Origin: an uncultured virus (IMG/VR IMGVR_UViG_3300037418_000344) | Lineage: Duplodnaviria; Heunggongvirae; Uroviricota; Caudoviricetes | Reading direction: 5' to 3' (one strand) | Virus record (IMG/VR): IMGVR_UViG_3300037418_000344 | Length of the DNA stretch: 64,000 nucleotides | Position numbers and translations under genes: made by a program | Shown here: positions 38,989-49,186 of the stretch, in pieces | Position numbering within the stretch: the first letter of the stretch is position 1 | How the letters are laid out: each line of letters starts with the position of its first letter | Notes under the pieces: generated by a model | Told to the model about the DNA's origin: nothing | What the model saw: only the letters and a program-made list of their open reading frames with translations | The model's database searches: none

Positions 38989-39600
38989 ATGATGAAACAG
39001 CTTCCAGATAAATTTCAAATGCGTACTTACGGTTTTCCCGGATTCACTCACACTGTAAAGCTCAACCCGCATGGTGACTACGAAGTGACGTGGGCACGAG
39101 GGTTTGATCGCAAGAGCTATTCGATGGGCAAAATGCTGCCGAATGTTGTGTTTACGGAAGAAGAGGTGCGGAAAAACGTAGCGGGTTGCTTGTGGTATGT
39201 TGTGGAGGACACACCGGCGCAAAAGGAAATGAGTGCTAGTATGCCTGATGAGTTCATTGCGAGCAATACATTCAGTCGTAGTAGTTGGTCCATGAAGAAA
39301 GACGGCGCCACTTGGCGTGCATACTGCTTAGAAGGCGGGACACTTCTCTCAATTAATTATTACAGCGAAGATGATGTTCGCAACTACATTAAAAAAGGCA
39401 CTTGGACGATTCAAGAGCGGGTCGCACTCACAGCCGAACAGCAACGCGCTCTGAAAGAGTTCAAAGAACAAGTCGCACAACTCGACCAATCTATCAAGCT
39501 GAATGAACAGGACATCGCTCACAAGGAACATCTCATTGGAAACTATCGTCAACGTCAAGATGATCTTCGCAAGAAGATTGAAGAACTGGAGGGCAAATGA
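38989..39600 (+). CDS. hypothetical protein (tandem domain plus coiled coil)
   Basis: FTEEEVRKNV...W / YSEDDVRNYI...W repeat; AAGGAG RBS. Confidence 0.65.
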   Translation: MMKQLPDKFQMRTYGFPGFTHTVKLNPHGDYEVTWARGFDRKSYSMGKMLPNVVFTEEEVRKNVAGCLWYVVEDTPAQKEMSASMPDEFIASNTFSRSSWSMKKDGATWRAYCLEGGTLLSINYYSEDDVRNYIKKGTWTIQERVALTAEQQRALKEFKEQVAQLDQSIKLNEQDIAHKEHLIGNYRQRQDDLRKKIEELEGK

Positions 39601-40547
39601 ATATTGCAGATAAAGATTGGGCAGTGGAAGCCGTACGACTTGCCAATGAGCATCCTGATATGTCGTGGCGTGAAATCTCTCGCCGGATCGGTGTTGCGAA
39701 GTCTACTGTGTCGGACAACCTGCGCAAGTACTTCAAGTTCCGCGAAACTGAAGTGGAAGCTGTAGAAGGTGTTGTTCCAAAGGGTGCTAAGATTCTTCTG
39801 CTTGATATCGAGTGTGCCCCTACTACAGCATATGTGTGGGGCCGTTGGGATAACAATGTTAGCCAGAAGCAAGTTGTACACGAGGGTTATCTGCTGACGT
39901 ATTCTGCCAAGTGGCTTGGTGAGCCAACTATTGTGTCGAATCGAATCTACGAAGCTCGCAACGATGAAGTGCTTGTACGAGAGCTTGCAGACCTGATGAG
40001 CCAAGCGGACCTGTGCGTGGCACACAATGCGCAGAAGTTCGACATTCCACTCATCAAGACTCGCATGGTTGCTCTTGGGATGACGCCTCCTGCATCTAGT
40101 AAGATTGTAGATACGCTTCGGATTGCTAAGGCCGAGTTCCGCTTCCCAAGCAACAGTCTTGACAGTATTGCAGCATATCTTGGCCTGCAACGTAAAGCAA
40201 GCCATAGCGGCTTTGAACTGTGGACTCGCTGCATGGCTATGGACGATGAGGCATTTGACGAGATGCTTGAATATAACATTCAGGACGTCGTAGTGCTGGA
40301 GGAAGTGTATATGCGTTTGCGCCACTGGAGTAAGACACATCCCAATGTAGCCCTGTATGAACCTGCTGGAAAGCTGCGTTGTGTTTGCTGCGGTAGTGAA
40401 AAGCTGGCGGAGATTGATAAGAAATATTACACTGCAACATCTGAGTTTATGCTGTATAATTGCCTTTCTTGTGGGAAGCAAAATCGGGGACGTAAGAATG
40501 TCTCTGAACACAAGAGCGATAACAGTCTTACGAACGTGGGGAGGTAA
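39597..40547 (+). CDS. HTH + DnaQ/RNase H-like exonuclease + Zn ribbon
   Basis: SWREISRRIGVAKSTVSD; LLDIE; HNAQKFDIP; YNIQDV; CVCC/CLSC. Confidence 0.85.
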   Translation: MNIADKDWAVEAVRLANEHPDMSWREISRRIGVAKSTVSDNLRKYFKFRETEVEAVEGVVPKGAKILLLDIECAPTTAYVWGRWDNNVSQKQVVHEGYLLTYSAKWLGEPTIVSNRIYEARNDEVLVRELADLMSQADLCVAHNAQKFDIPLIKTRMVALGMTPPASSKIVDTLRIAKAEFRFPSNSLDSIAAYLGLQRKASHSGFELWTRCMAMDDEAFDEMLEYNIQDVVVLEEVYMRLRHWSKTHPNVALYEPAGKLRCVCCGSEKLAEIDKKYYTATSEFMLYNCLSCGKQNRGRKNVSEHKSDNSLTNVGR

Positions 40548-40927
40548 AATGTCAACAATTGATATCCGAGATAACCCTGTAGTTACAAGAATCAAGTTTA
40601 ACGATTCTCAGGGTGTTTACATGGCAGGAAATAATTTGATGATTGAGGGCGAAAGTGTTGCTGCTAAGATTCCTAAAGCTGACGTAGAAAATCTCATCAA
40701 AGCCTTGCAGAAAGCTGTTGAGCTTGGGTGGACGAAATGAAAACTCGTGTCTACAAATACGGCAAGTACTATTATCCTCAGTACAAAGGTTGGTTCGTTT
40801 GGCATTTCATGCACGAGGCAATGACGTTTGAAGATTGTGTGGTACATTTTGACACTGCTGAAGAAGCCATCAAGTATGTACAAGATGGTAATTGGGCTAA
40901 ATATGAAGCAGTTGTATGGGAGAGCAA

Positions 40928-41383
40928 ATGAATATTCAAAAGCATTATGACGAAGTGTTGAAATTTAATAAGATCGGCAAGTCTTTCGACGAGCCATTTG
41001 AGGCAGTTTGTCTGTATGTAGACCTTATTAAAGAGGAGCTTGCTGAGACAATTACCGCTTTACACGCAACCGGAGACAGCGTAGAACTTCTTGACGGGGC
41101 ATGTGACGTGTTTGTTGTTACATGCGGACTACTGCAAGCTATGGAGAAAGCTGGATTCAATGTGGACGAAGCACTACGTCGAGTGACTAAGAACAATAAT
41201 GATAAGTTTGTTCCGTCCCTCTTCATGTCTGACTATCCGTCTGACTACTCTTTTGAAGACAACGAAGAGTACGGAGTCATTGTCATTAAAGATAACAAGG
41301 GCAAGATTCGTAAGCCTGTTGGTTTTGAGCCCGTTACCTTAGATGATCTTGTGCCCGATAATTTCTTCGGGGGTGAAGCGTGA
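40928..41383 (+). CDS. MazG-like nucleotide pyrophosphohydrolase
   Basis: LIKEELAE...ELLDGACD...V..NN.DK...GKIRKP. Confidence 0.8.
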   Translation: MNIQKHYDEVLKFNKIGKSFDEPFEAVCLYVDLIKEELAETITALHATGDSVELLDGACDVFVVTCGLLQAMEKAGFNVDEALRRVTKNNNDKFVPSLFMSDYPSDYSFEDNEEYGVIVIKDNKGKIRKPVGFEPVTLDDLVPDNFFGGEA

Positions 41384-41952
41384 AAACTATCTCGGTAACA
41401 GATTTGAAGCTTATTGATGGCCTTAGTCATCTTAACTACATGGAAATGGTGCATCCCTCCAACGACCAATTAGTTGGGAAGTACCTTGACATGATCGGCA
41501 TTGATATTACTAAACCATTGGAGTACCGGGCGTACCAACACAGAAATTTGCAAGGTAAAGTGGTTGTTAATTTTCTTATTGCAGGTGACTTGAAGCTTGA
41601 CCGCAAGAGTCTTACAAGTCAGTTTAGTACGTACGAAGATCGCCTAATTGCCTCAAGCATCTACGACCGATCCTTGTTTGAACAACTACATGAACTCGGC
41701 AACACTTCGCCTACATACGGCGGCACAGCGCCTGATGAGGATGTCCCAACAAGGGAATCGGAAGAGTGTAAAGAAGATGAACTAAAGATTGCAAAAGAGA
41801 TTGCCATGCTGGAAGATATTCTGTACCATATCCGGGGCAGTCAAGTGAACCCCGACGGATCATTCAAGACGATGGATGAGTATGTGAATCCTCGTCCCGT
41901 TGACAAACCTCGTAAGAAACACAAATCGCGTAAGAATGTAGAAGGAGTTTAA
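41380..41952 (+). CDS. hypothetical protein
   Basis: 190-aa ORF, GTGA overlap. Confidence 0.7.
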   Translation: MKTISVTDLKLIDGLSHLNYMEMVHPSNDQLVGKYLDMIGIDITKPLEYRAYQHRNLQGKVVVNFLIAGDLKLDRKSLTSQFSTYEDRLIASSIYDRSLFEQLHELGNTSPTYGGTAPDEDVPTRESEECKEDELKIAKEIAMLEDILYHIRGSQVNPDGSFKTMDEYVNPRPVDKPRKKHKSRKNVEGV

Positions 41953-44190
41953 ATGACTGAGAAGCATATTATGGTTACTAAGCGGGATGGTTCTGTTGTC
42001 CCGTTTGATCCTGAGAAGCTTACTCGTTGGGCAAAGTGGGCAGGTAACATCGGTGTGGATTGGTTTGGCATTGTTGCTGACACCTATCAAAAGCTGCCCG
42101 ACACTTGCACGACTAAGGACTTGCAGCAAGCTATGATTCAGGCATGCATGGATTATGAAGATACTCCGCATATGCTGATGGCTGGCCGTCTGCTGATTGG
42201 TGATGTGTATAAGCAAGCGTTTGGTGGGCATGAGTGTGTTCCAGAAGTGCGGTATATGTACGCCCACATGGTCATGGACGGCTTATGGGAAGATATGGGA
42301 TATTCCCTTGATGAGCTTGACGAGGCGGAATCCTTCATCAACCACGAGCGCGATTTGAATAGCGTCTACTCTGTCATCAATCAGATCACGACCAAATACG
42401 CTATCAAGGATATCGAGAAGAACATTGTGTTGGAGTCGCCTGCATTCGTTTGGATGCGCATGGCTCTTGGGGTGTGCAAAGATGAGCCTAAGGCCACTCG
42501 CATGCAGGAAGTGCGAGCATTCTACGAAGATTACGCAACTGGTCGCATCAATGCGCCTACGCCTAACATTAACAATCTTGGCACTCCTAAGCGAACTTAT
42601 GCTTCTTGCTGCGTTTACAAGAGTAACGATGAACTTGGCAGTTTGGCTGCTGGCGATCACATTGCTACGATTATGACAGCATCTAGTGCTGGTATTGGCG
42701 GCATGCTGATGACTCGTAGTAAGGGGGATGGTGTTCGTAAGAATACTATTCGCCACGGTGGGAAACTGCCATACTACAACGCACAGGCAAGTGCTGTGAA
42801 TGCCAACCTGCAAGGCGGTCGTGGCGGAGCGGAGACGATGCACATCAATGCTCTTGATCCTGAGATTGAGACGCTGCTGCGCCTTCGTCACCCAACTACT
42901 GTTGCATCGAAAGCAGAGCGACGACTCGACTACAGTTTTGGCTTCCACCCTCTGCTTGCAGAGAAGGCTGCTAAGAATGAACAGTGGATGAACATCAGCT
43001 ATAAGGTGAATCCTAATCTGTGGGAAGCTATGTACCGTGCAGACGGCAGCTTTGAGAAGCTGTATGAGGAACACGAAAAGAGCAGCAAGCGTAAGAAGTT
43101 TATTCCTGCGCGTAAACTTGCTCTAGAGTTCCTTCGTATGGAAGAAGAGACGGGTCGGATGTACGAGCACAATACGTATGAACTGAACCGCCATACGCCG
43201 TTCAAAGACCCTGTGTATAGCTCTAACCTTTGCCAAGAAATCGGCCTGCCGACACAAGGCTACAAGGATGTTACCGAGCTTTACCGAATGGACGATGATG
43301 TGCAGGGTGAGATTGGTCTGTGCAATCTAGGTGCAATTGTTGCAGGGCGTGTGACACCTGAAATGTATGAGGAAGTGGCGTACCGCACTCTCAAGATGGT
43401 TGACAACGTGATTTCGATCATGGACTACCCGTTCCCGCATCTGAAGTACACTGCACAGGCTCGTCGTTCTGCTGGCATTGGTATCACAAACCTTGCACAT
43501 GATATGGCAGTTAAGGGGCTTCGATACGATACGGCAGAGGGTAAAGCTTACATGCACCGACTAGCTGAGATGCATTCTTACTGGCTCCACAAGGCTAGTG
43601 TGCGTCTTGCCAAGGAGCGTGGCAAGTGCGATTGGTTCCACAAGACGAAGTATGCAGATGGCTGGTTGCCTATTGACACCTACTGCAAACACATCGATAA
43701 TGTGACGAATCAACCCCTTCTGTGTGATTGGGAAGGTCTTCGTAAGGAGATTGCAGAGCACGGCATGCGTAACAGCGTTCTTGAAGCGTATATGCCTGTC
43801 GAATCAAGCAGCATTGCTGGCAACACGACCAATAGTATTTATCCGGTTCGTGAGCTTGTGGTTGTTAAGACGAGTGGCACTAACAAAAATGTGTTTCTTG
43901 CACCGGACTTGGAAGAATTGAAAGATGCGTATCAGTTGGCTTGGACTGTTCCAGCTAAGGATATTGCTGAGATGTACGGCATCTTCCAGAAGTTCTGTGG
44001 GCAGGCTATTAGTGCTGACAAGTACCGTGCTTTCCCTGCGGGTGTGACGCCTAAGATTAGTGCAACGGAGATGTTTGAAGACTGGCTCTACCGCATTACG
44101 TGCGGCCATAAGTCCGGATACTATTCCAACACCAAAGCTGGCCTCACTCTTGAAGAAAATGAGGCTGAGTGCGAAAGCTGCAAATTGTAA
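41953..44190 (+). CDS. nrdA: ribonucleotide reductase class Ia, alpha subunit
   Basis: ATP-cone VTKRDG; ASCC; SNLCQEI; LCNL; C-terminal CESC. Confidence 0.95.
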   Translation: MTEKHIMVTKRDGSVVPFDPEKLTRWAKWAGNIGVDWFGIVADTYQKLPDTCTTKDLQQAMIQACMDYEDTPHMLMAGRLLIGDVYKQAFGGHECVPEVRYMYAHMVMDGLWEDMGYSLDELDEAESFINHERDLNSVYSVINQITTKYAIKDIEKNIVLESPAFVWMRMALGVCKDEPKATRMQEVRAFYEDYATGRINAPTPNINNLGTPKRTYASCCVYKSNDELGSLAAGDHIATIMTASSAGIGGMLMTRSKGDGVRKNTIRHGGKLPYYNAQASAVNANLQGGRGGAETMHINALDPEIETLLRLRHPTTVASKAERRLDYSFGFHPLLAEKAAKNEQWMNISYKVNPNLWEAMYRADGSFEKLYEEHEKSSKRKKFIPARKLALEFLRMEEETGRMYEHNTYELNRHTPFKDPVYSSNLCQEIGLPTQGYKDVTELYRMDDDVQGEIGLCNLGAIVAGRVTPEMYEEVAYRTLKMVDNVISIMDYPFPHLKYTAQARRSAGIGITNLAHDMAVKGLRYDTAEGKAYMHRLAEMHSYWLHKASVRLAKERGKCDWFHKTKYADGWLPIDTYCKHIDNVTNQPLLCDWEGLRKEIAEHGMRNSVLEAYMPVESSSIAGNTTNSIYPVRELVVVKTSGTNKNVFLAPDLEELKDAYQLAWTVPAKDIAEMYGIFQKFCGQAISADKYRAFPAGVTPKISATEMFEDWLYRITCGHKSGYYSNTKAGLTLEENEAECESCKL

Positions 44191-44198
44191 GGATGAAC

Positions 44199-45293
44199 AT
44201 GACTGTATTTAACCAAGATAATGATGAATGGAAGACTGGCAAGTACAGTTTGTTTCTAGGGCAAGCCCCCGGACTGTACGATAGCATCAACGTAGCACAC
44301 CCTAAACTGTTTAAGTATTACAAGGATCAAAAGTCCGCTGATTGGTCCGAAGATGAAATTGATCTTGAGCAAAGTCGTATCGACATGCTCACTTGCAAGC
44401 CGGAAGCACGAGAAATCATGCTTGAGAATCTTGCGCTTCAGTGGGAGACTGACAGCTTTGCTGCCCGCAGTATTGCACCTCTATTCGCACCGTTTGTTAC
44501 AAACAGTGAATACTGGGCAGCACTGCTGAAGATTAGCGAAATTGAAGTGCTGCACGCTCTAACCTACTCGGAAATCGTTCGGGTGTGCATGGAGAATCCC
44601 AAAGACATCTTTGAGCGCATCATGAAGAACGATGCCATCATTGGTAGGCTTGAAGCTGTCTCTAGGGCATTCAATGAATTGAAGTACGCAGGTGCAGCCT
44701 ACACTTTGAGTTTGATTGCAAAAGAGGATGCCTACCCTGTTGTGATGCGTGCTGTAGTGGCGTTGTACTGCCTTGAACGCCTTCAGTTTGTGGATTCGTT
44801 CGCTGCGACGTTCGGTGTGGTGGAAGGTGAGCAATGCTTTCAAGGCATCGGCAAGCTGGTTCAGAAGATTATGCAGGACGAACGTTTTATCCACGCCGAA
44901 GCTGGTAAATATGTTATCAAGCACGAACTGAGTACTGATCGCGGTGCGGCATGGTTTGAGAAGGACAAAGACATCATCCGTAGCATGCTGGACGAGGTTG
45001 TTCAGGCAGAGTATAAGTGGAACACCTACCTGTTCAGCAACGGTCGTAAGTGTGTTGGCTTCACTGAGCAAAGTGGAATTGACTGGATCGACTACAACGC
45101 ACAAGAAGTGTATGAAGTGTTTGGCTTTGAGCCGCCACGCAAGATTGAAAAGAATCCTTTGAAATATATGGAGAACTGGCTTGATCTGAACAAAACTCAG
45201 AATGCCAACCAAGAGGGCGACCAAGCAAACTATCGCCTTAATATTATTATTGACGATCTTGGTGACAAGATTATTGAATGGAGCTATCGATAA
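44199..45293 (+). CDS. nrdB: ribonucleotide reductase class Ia, beta subunit
   Basis: W.EDEIDL; EVLHALTYS; LE; DERFIH. Confidence 0.93.
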   Translation: MTVFNQDNDEWKTGKYSLFLGQAPGLYDSINVAHPKLFKYYKDQKSADWSEDEIDLEQSRIDMLTCKPEAREIMLENLALQWETDSFAARSIAPLFAPFVTNSEYWAALLKISEIEVLHALTYSEIVRVCMENPKDIFERIMKNDAIIGRLEAVSRAFNELKYAGAAYTLSLIAKEDAYPVVMRAVVALYCLERLQFVDSFAATFGVVEGEQCFQGIGKLVQKIMQDERFIHAEAGKYVIKHELSTDRGAAWFEKDKDIIRSMLDEVVQAEYKWNTYLFSNGRKCVGFTEQSGIDWIDYNAQEVYEVFGFEPPRKIEKNPLKYMENWLDLNKTQNANQEGDQANYRLNIIIDDLGDKIIEWSYR

Positions 45294-45541
45294 TGCTAGT
45301 TGTATATAGTAAGAATAATTGTCCTGAGTGTGCCAAGGCTGCTGCATTGCTGGATGCGAAAGGTGTAGAGTATAAAACGGTAAAAGTGGATGAAGACCCT
45401 GTAGTCCGGGCAATGCTCATGTCGATGGGGCATCGATCTGTTCCGCAAATCTACATGGAAGGTCAAAATGATGCAACGCTGGTAGGTGACTACAAAGCTC
45501 TTACCAAGCTTACCGACGAACAGTGGGCTGCTTTGAAATAA
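45293..45541 (+). CDS. glutaredoxin
   Basis: YSKNNCPEC...RSVPQI. Confidence 0.9.
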   Translation: MLVVYSKNNCPECAKAAALLDAKGVEYKTVKVDEDPVVRAMLMSMGHRSVPQIYMEGQNDATLVGDYKALTKLTDEQWAALK

Positions 45542-45556
45542 ATTTTAAAATTCTTG

Positions 45557-45585
45557 TTGACAAGGGCCAAGCTCATCAGTAGAAT
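45557..45585 (+). promoter_or_regulatory. sigma70-type promoter
   Basis: TTGACA-17-TAGAAT. Confidence 0.75.
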
Positions 45586-45631
45586 AGCTCTTGTCGATTT
45601 AGACGAAACACAAATCTTAAGGAGAAATCGT

Positions 45632-45814
45632 ATGAACATTGTTAAACAAATTGCCGACCGTGTAAACGCCATCCTGCGTACGGGCGCATCGAAAGAGAAA
45701 GCTGCTCGTTACATCAATGCCGAGTTCCACGCTTGTGCGTATGTTGGTAAAGGTAAGCTGTGGGCTTCGTTCACTGGCGAAGATGGCAAACAGCGTGTGC
45801 AGGTTTTTGCGTAA
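45632..45814 (+). CDS. hypothetical protein
   Basis: AAGGAG RBS after the promoter. Confidence 0.65.
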   Translation: MNIVKQIADRVNAILRTGASKEKAARYINAEFHACAYVGKGKLWASFTGEDGKQRVQVFA

Positions 45815-45821
45815 GGCGAAA

Positions 45822-46421
45822 ATGGCTGTCCCTGACTACAAAGGTTTAGATGGAAGGTGGGTAAGGTCTACAGGTCGAGGTAAAAATCAAATCTATACCA
45901 GAGCAGGCAACATTTGGCGCTGCGTACAGACGCGATGTAAACTTGATGGGCAGTACCAAAAAGATCGCGACACATACAAAGGTGTCCGAAATGAATTTAT
46001 AGATTTCCAACACTTCGCAGAGTGGTGTCAAAAACAGATTGGTTACTCTTCAGATGAAGTTTGGCAAATTGACAAAGACCTGCTATACAAGAATTGCAAA
46101 GTGTACTCGGAAGGCACCTGTTTGTTTCTACCTATACAGATTAATAATTTTTTAATCCAAGCGAACATGCGGAGGGGTAAACTGCCAATTGGTGTAAAAA
46201 TGGAAAAGAAGGTTACTGCACGGTATAAGGCACAATGTGCACCTTCTGGAACAGATTTTAAAAATTATATAGGCAATTTCGACACCCCGGAAGAAGCCTT
46301 CTACGCTTACAAGACCCGCAAAGAGTGTATCGCAAAAATTTTGGCGGAAAGATGGAAGGACAAGATTGACCCACGGGCATATGAAGCCCTACAAAATTTT
46401 ACCGTAAATATTAACGACTAA
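45822..46421 (+). CDS. HNH-like/AP2 homing endonuclease
   Basis: FQHFAEW..IDKDLL...YSEGTCLFLP..IN; YIGNFDTPEEAFYAY. Confidence 0.8.
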   Translation: MAVPDYKGLDGRWVRSTGRGKNQIYTRAGNIWRCVQTRCKLDGQYQKDRDTYKGVRNEFIDFQHFAEWCQKQIGYSSDEVWQIDKDLLYKNCKVYSEGTCLFLPIQINNFLIQANMRRGKLPIGVKMEKKVTARYKAQCAPSGTDFKNYIGNFDTPEEAFYAYKTRKECIAKILAERWKDKIDPRAYEALQNFTVNIND

Positions 46422-46433
46422 GGAGTTTTAAAA

Positions 46434-46697
46434 ATGACCAAGCATGTTACCGTAGATCAGGCAACCTTTGATGCGGCAGACCTTACCAAGTTTTTGCAAC
46501 GGGGTATCAATGTTCTTGCCGAAGAGGCTGCGTTGAAAGACGACTTCAAGGCTCTTGTCGAAGAAGCTGCCAACGCAACCAAGATTGAGAAGAAGATCAT
46601 TCGCAAGTTCATCAAGTCTCGCTTTGCTGTCAAGACCAAAGACATCGTTGCGGAAGCTGAAACTCTCGATGCTCTGAGCAAAGCTGTGGACGAATAA
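46434..46697 (+). CDS. dsDNA-binding protein (GapR/T4 DsbA-like)
   Basis: EEAALKDDFKALVEEA....IEKKIIRKFIK.R helical pattern; AAGGAG RBS. Confidence 0.55.
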   Translation: MTKHVTVDQATFDAADLTKFLQRGINVLAEEAALKDDFKALVEEAANATKIEKKIIRKFIKSRFAVKTKDIVAEAETLDALSKAVDE

Positions 46698-46793
46698 GCA
46701 GTTCTTGCAGGCAAGCTATGCTGTCAATGCAACAATGTCACAAGATTATGTATATGTCGTTTTAATGACACGCAATAAATCACGAACATTTCT

Positions 46794-46823
46794 TGACAGC
46801 ACATCTTCTGTAGGCATACACTT
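46794..46823 (+). promoter_or_regulatory. sigma70-type promoter
   Basis: TTGACA-18-TACACT. Confidence 0.6.
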
Positions 46824-46957
46824 ACAAACATACTGATTCGGAACAAGGCGCTTCCCTCCGAATCTGGCAGAACAAGAAGCCGTAAGGCCTTGAAGCACAT
46901 TTATACAAACAATCTTTGAACAAATCTACCAAGCTAACATAAGGAAAGCTAAACACT

Positions 46958-47230
46958 ATGAACATCATTGCAACCGCAAACATCATCCTGACCCTGCTGC
47001 CTGTTGTGAGCGACACTGTTAAGAACGTTGAAGCGTTCGCAGGTACGGGTAACGGCGCAGCTAAACAACAAGCCGCCCTCGGCATCATCAAGTCGCTATA
47101 CGAAACATCCTCTCCCCCGGTTCCATTTGAGCAGATCGTTGCACAAGTCACTCAACTGATTAACGAAGTTGTTGTGTTCTACAATGCTATCAAGGCATTT
47201 AGCCGCTCTGCACACCAAGCAGCAGCCTAA
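46958..47230 (+). CDS. small amphipathic protein, holin-like
   Basis: ..VEA..G.GNGAAKQQAAL motif seen in small phage membrane/holin proteins. Confidence 0.55.
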   Translation: MNIIATANIILTLLPVVSDTVKNVEAFAGTGNGAAKQQAALGIIKSLYETSSPPVPFEQIVAQVTQLINEVVVFYNAIKAFSRSAHQAAA

Positions 47231-47234
47231 TAAA

Positions 47235-47335
47235 TAAAAAAGCCCCAACACTTTCGTGAAGGGGCGAACGAACTCTCTACCAAGAGTTGCTAAGGAAAGC
47301 GTGAGGACCGAGCTAAGGTTGTCTCACGCTTTTTA
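47235..47335. terminator. terminator hairpins between convergent arms
   Basis: A-run then GCCCC..GGGGC; AAAGCGTGAG...CTCACGCTTTT (bidirectional). Confidence 0.7.
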
Positions 47336-47378
47336 GTATAGTCGACATTTCAAAGAGATGTCAATGCCTTTGACACTA

Positions 47379-47843
47379 TCAAGCATCATTCGATAGGCCG
47401 TTTGTTGTGCTATGCTGTCTTGCCCATTCAAGGGCGCGAGCACGTACGTCGTCATCAATTGATGCATTAACAATTCCTCGTCCAGCATCGGGTGCGATTT
47501 CAGCTTGCACGTTGGCGGGCTTTTCTTCGGCAGGTTGTTCATCGCTTCGCACAGTCTGTTCGGTTTCTCGTACGGCTCCCGATGGCAATCCGTGGTCTTT
47601 GGAGGTTGCGATGTTGATGCCGATGTTAATTGCACTGAGCAAACCAATAGCGATGTCAGCACAAGTCTGCATGTCGATACCAAAGTCATAACCAAAACTC
47701 CGCAACAGGGAAACAATAGCAAACAGCAGTGCAGCTATCATGTTCGCACTGATCTGATGGCCCACCCACTTCTTCTTGTCGGCAACTTCTTCGCCTGCCT
47801 TAAACACTGAATATAGTGCTTTAATCTTTTCAATACTTAGCAT
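47379..47843 (-). CDS. membrane protein of the lysis cassette (holin-like)
   Basis: Two TM segments; overlaps the endolysin stop. Confidence 0.55.
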   Translation of the reverse strand: MLSIEKIKALYSVFKAGEEVADKKKWVGHQISANMIAALLFAIVSLLRSFGYDFGIDMQTCADIAIGLLSAINIGINIATSKDHGLPSGAVRETEQTVRSDEQPAEEKPANVQAEIAPDAGRGIVNASIDDDVRARALEWARQHSTTNGLSNDA

Positions 47844-48379
47844 TTCAATACCTCTCTTGCTTTCTTAAAGTAAGCTTGCCTTGCTGTCCACCCATTAGGC
47901 AAACCCGTCACTTTGTTCTTTCCGTTTACGTGGATGCTCAATGTCAAAAAATCTTCAGAATCTGCCAAGGCGTTTAGTCCACGATCCTTAAAAAACCATG
48001 CCGCCGACCTACAAGCATTCTCAGGGAGGGACAGCAACTCCGGATGCTCTACACAATCAATCCCCAGTGCCATCATCGTTTTAAGAAAATTGAAATACCC
48101 CGTTGTTTGGATCAACCCTCTTCCTTTGTACAACTTACCCCATCCGGGATGCACATTGCCTAAGTCCTTCCGACCTTCATACGCCTCTCCAGAAGCAATC
48201 TCCTCTGTGTAACGAAGCTCTACTGATTCGTGGGCCACTTGGGCTAAGAATGCTGCCATGCGGAGGGGTGTATTAATCTCAAATTCTGCCATAGCAGCAT
48301 TCAACGGAGCCAAGAAAACACTTGCACGATTCTTGGCATATGGCATAATGGCAGTAAGTTGTGCAAGTGTGATGTCCAT
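47837..48379 (-). CDS. endolysin, glycoside hydrolase family 19
   Basis: AAFLAQVAHES...YKGRGLIQTTGYFN...SAAWFF. Confidence 0.92.
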   Translation of the reverse strand: MDITLAQLTAIMPYAKNRASVFLAPLNAAMAEFEINTPLRMAAFLAQVAHESVELRYTEEIASGEAYEGRKDLGNVHPGWGKLYKGRGLIQTTGYFNFLKTMMALGIDCVEHPELLSLPENACRSAAWFFKDRGLNALADSEDFLTLSIHVNGKNKVTGLPNGWTARQAYFKKAREVLKC

Positions 48380-48663
48380 CAGTGCTCCTTCTGGTCAATC
48401 ATCTTGTTCAGACGTTCCTCTAGCCGATCAAGACGCATGTCAAGTTTTGTTCCATATGCCTCAAACGCTTTATTGATGTCTCGCAGAGCTTCTTTTAGTT
48501 CTGTGCTAGATGCGTAAGTCTCTGCCACATGCACCTTGTACGTTGCAAGATCGTTTTCCACCTTCTCCGCTTTCTTTTTTGTTTCTGTAAGATTTGCCCA
48601 CAGCACGGCACACAGAGCACCCAGCAGCGCTTGCACTGGTCCCAACAACATGTTAAAATCCAT
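48379..48663 (-). CDS. holin/antiholin-like protein
   Basis: One N-terminal TM plus coiled coil; directly upstream of the endolysin. Confidence 0.6.
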   Translation of the reverse strand: MDFNMLLGPVQALLGALCAVLWANLTETKKKAEKVENDLATYKVHVAETYASSTELKEALRDINKAFEAYGTKLDMRLDRLEERLNKMIDQKEH

Positions 48664-48664
48664 A

Positions 48665-49174
48665 TTAATCTCTCTCTACAAAGGTGAGTGTGTAGCCCTT
48701 AGAAAGAGCTTTTTGTACTACAGCAGCAGGCGTTGCGATCGACCCTAAATCCAGAGAAGACAACCTGCGCATAGAAATGGTAAGCTCGCTGCACTGCCAG
48801 CGACGATCTTGTGCAATGTCTAACATGTGAAAAAATCCTTCGACTGCTTGGACCTTACTGTAATTGTCACCAACATGGGACATCCCGTAAGCCTCTTCTT
48901 CTTTACTCATTGGTTTGTCTGTAGTGGCAATGTGATAGAAGCCGTGATCTAAATACTTCGTAAGTGGACTTACAGATACTTTAGGCACCACTGCCTCTAT
49001 CACATGAGGCTCGCCACTCTTATCCTTCCAAACAACCGCAACATGGCTGTATTCGGACTCTGTTGCCATTCTCACAATCTGACTTTCTACGTCAGCAATA
49101 GTATCCCACTCTTGGTGGCTAACCGCTACAATGTCACCACTTTGACAGACATCTTTAAATTCAGAGTACTTCAT
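48665..49174 (-). CDS. permuted papain-like (YiiX/NlpC-P60) amidase
   Basis: GDIV...YSHVAV...VIEA...QCSEL...TP. Confidence 0.8.
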   Translation of the reverse strand: MKYSEFKDVCQSGDIVAVSHQEWDTIADVESQIVRMATESEYSHVAVVWKDKSGEPHVIEAVVPKVSVSPLTKYLDHGFYHIATTDKPMSKEEEAYGMSHVGDNYSKVQAVEGFFHMLDIAQDRRWQCSELTISMRRLSSLDLGSIATPAAVVQKALSKGYTLTFVERD

Positions 49175-49186
49175 ATAGTATCCCCA

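Noticed and set aside
40928..41383. MazG-like gene as a sign of a modified-base (e.g. dZ) pathway
   Set aside because: No PurZ or other base-modification genes are visible in the window
25334..45293. Introns or inteins in helicase, polymerase or nrdAB
   Set aside because: All are continuous and of normal length with motifs in order
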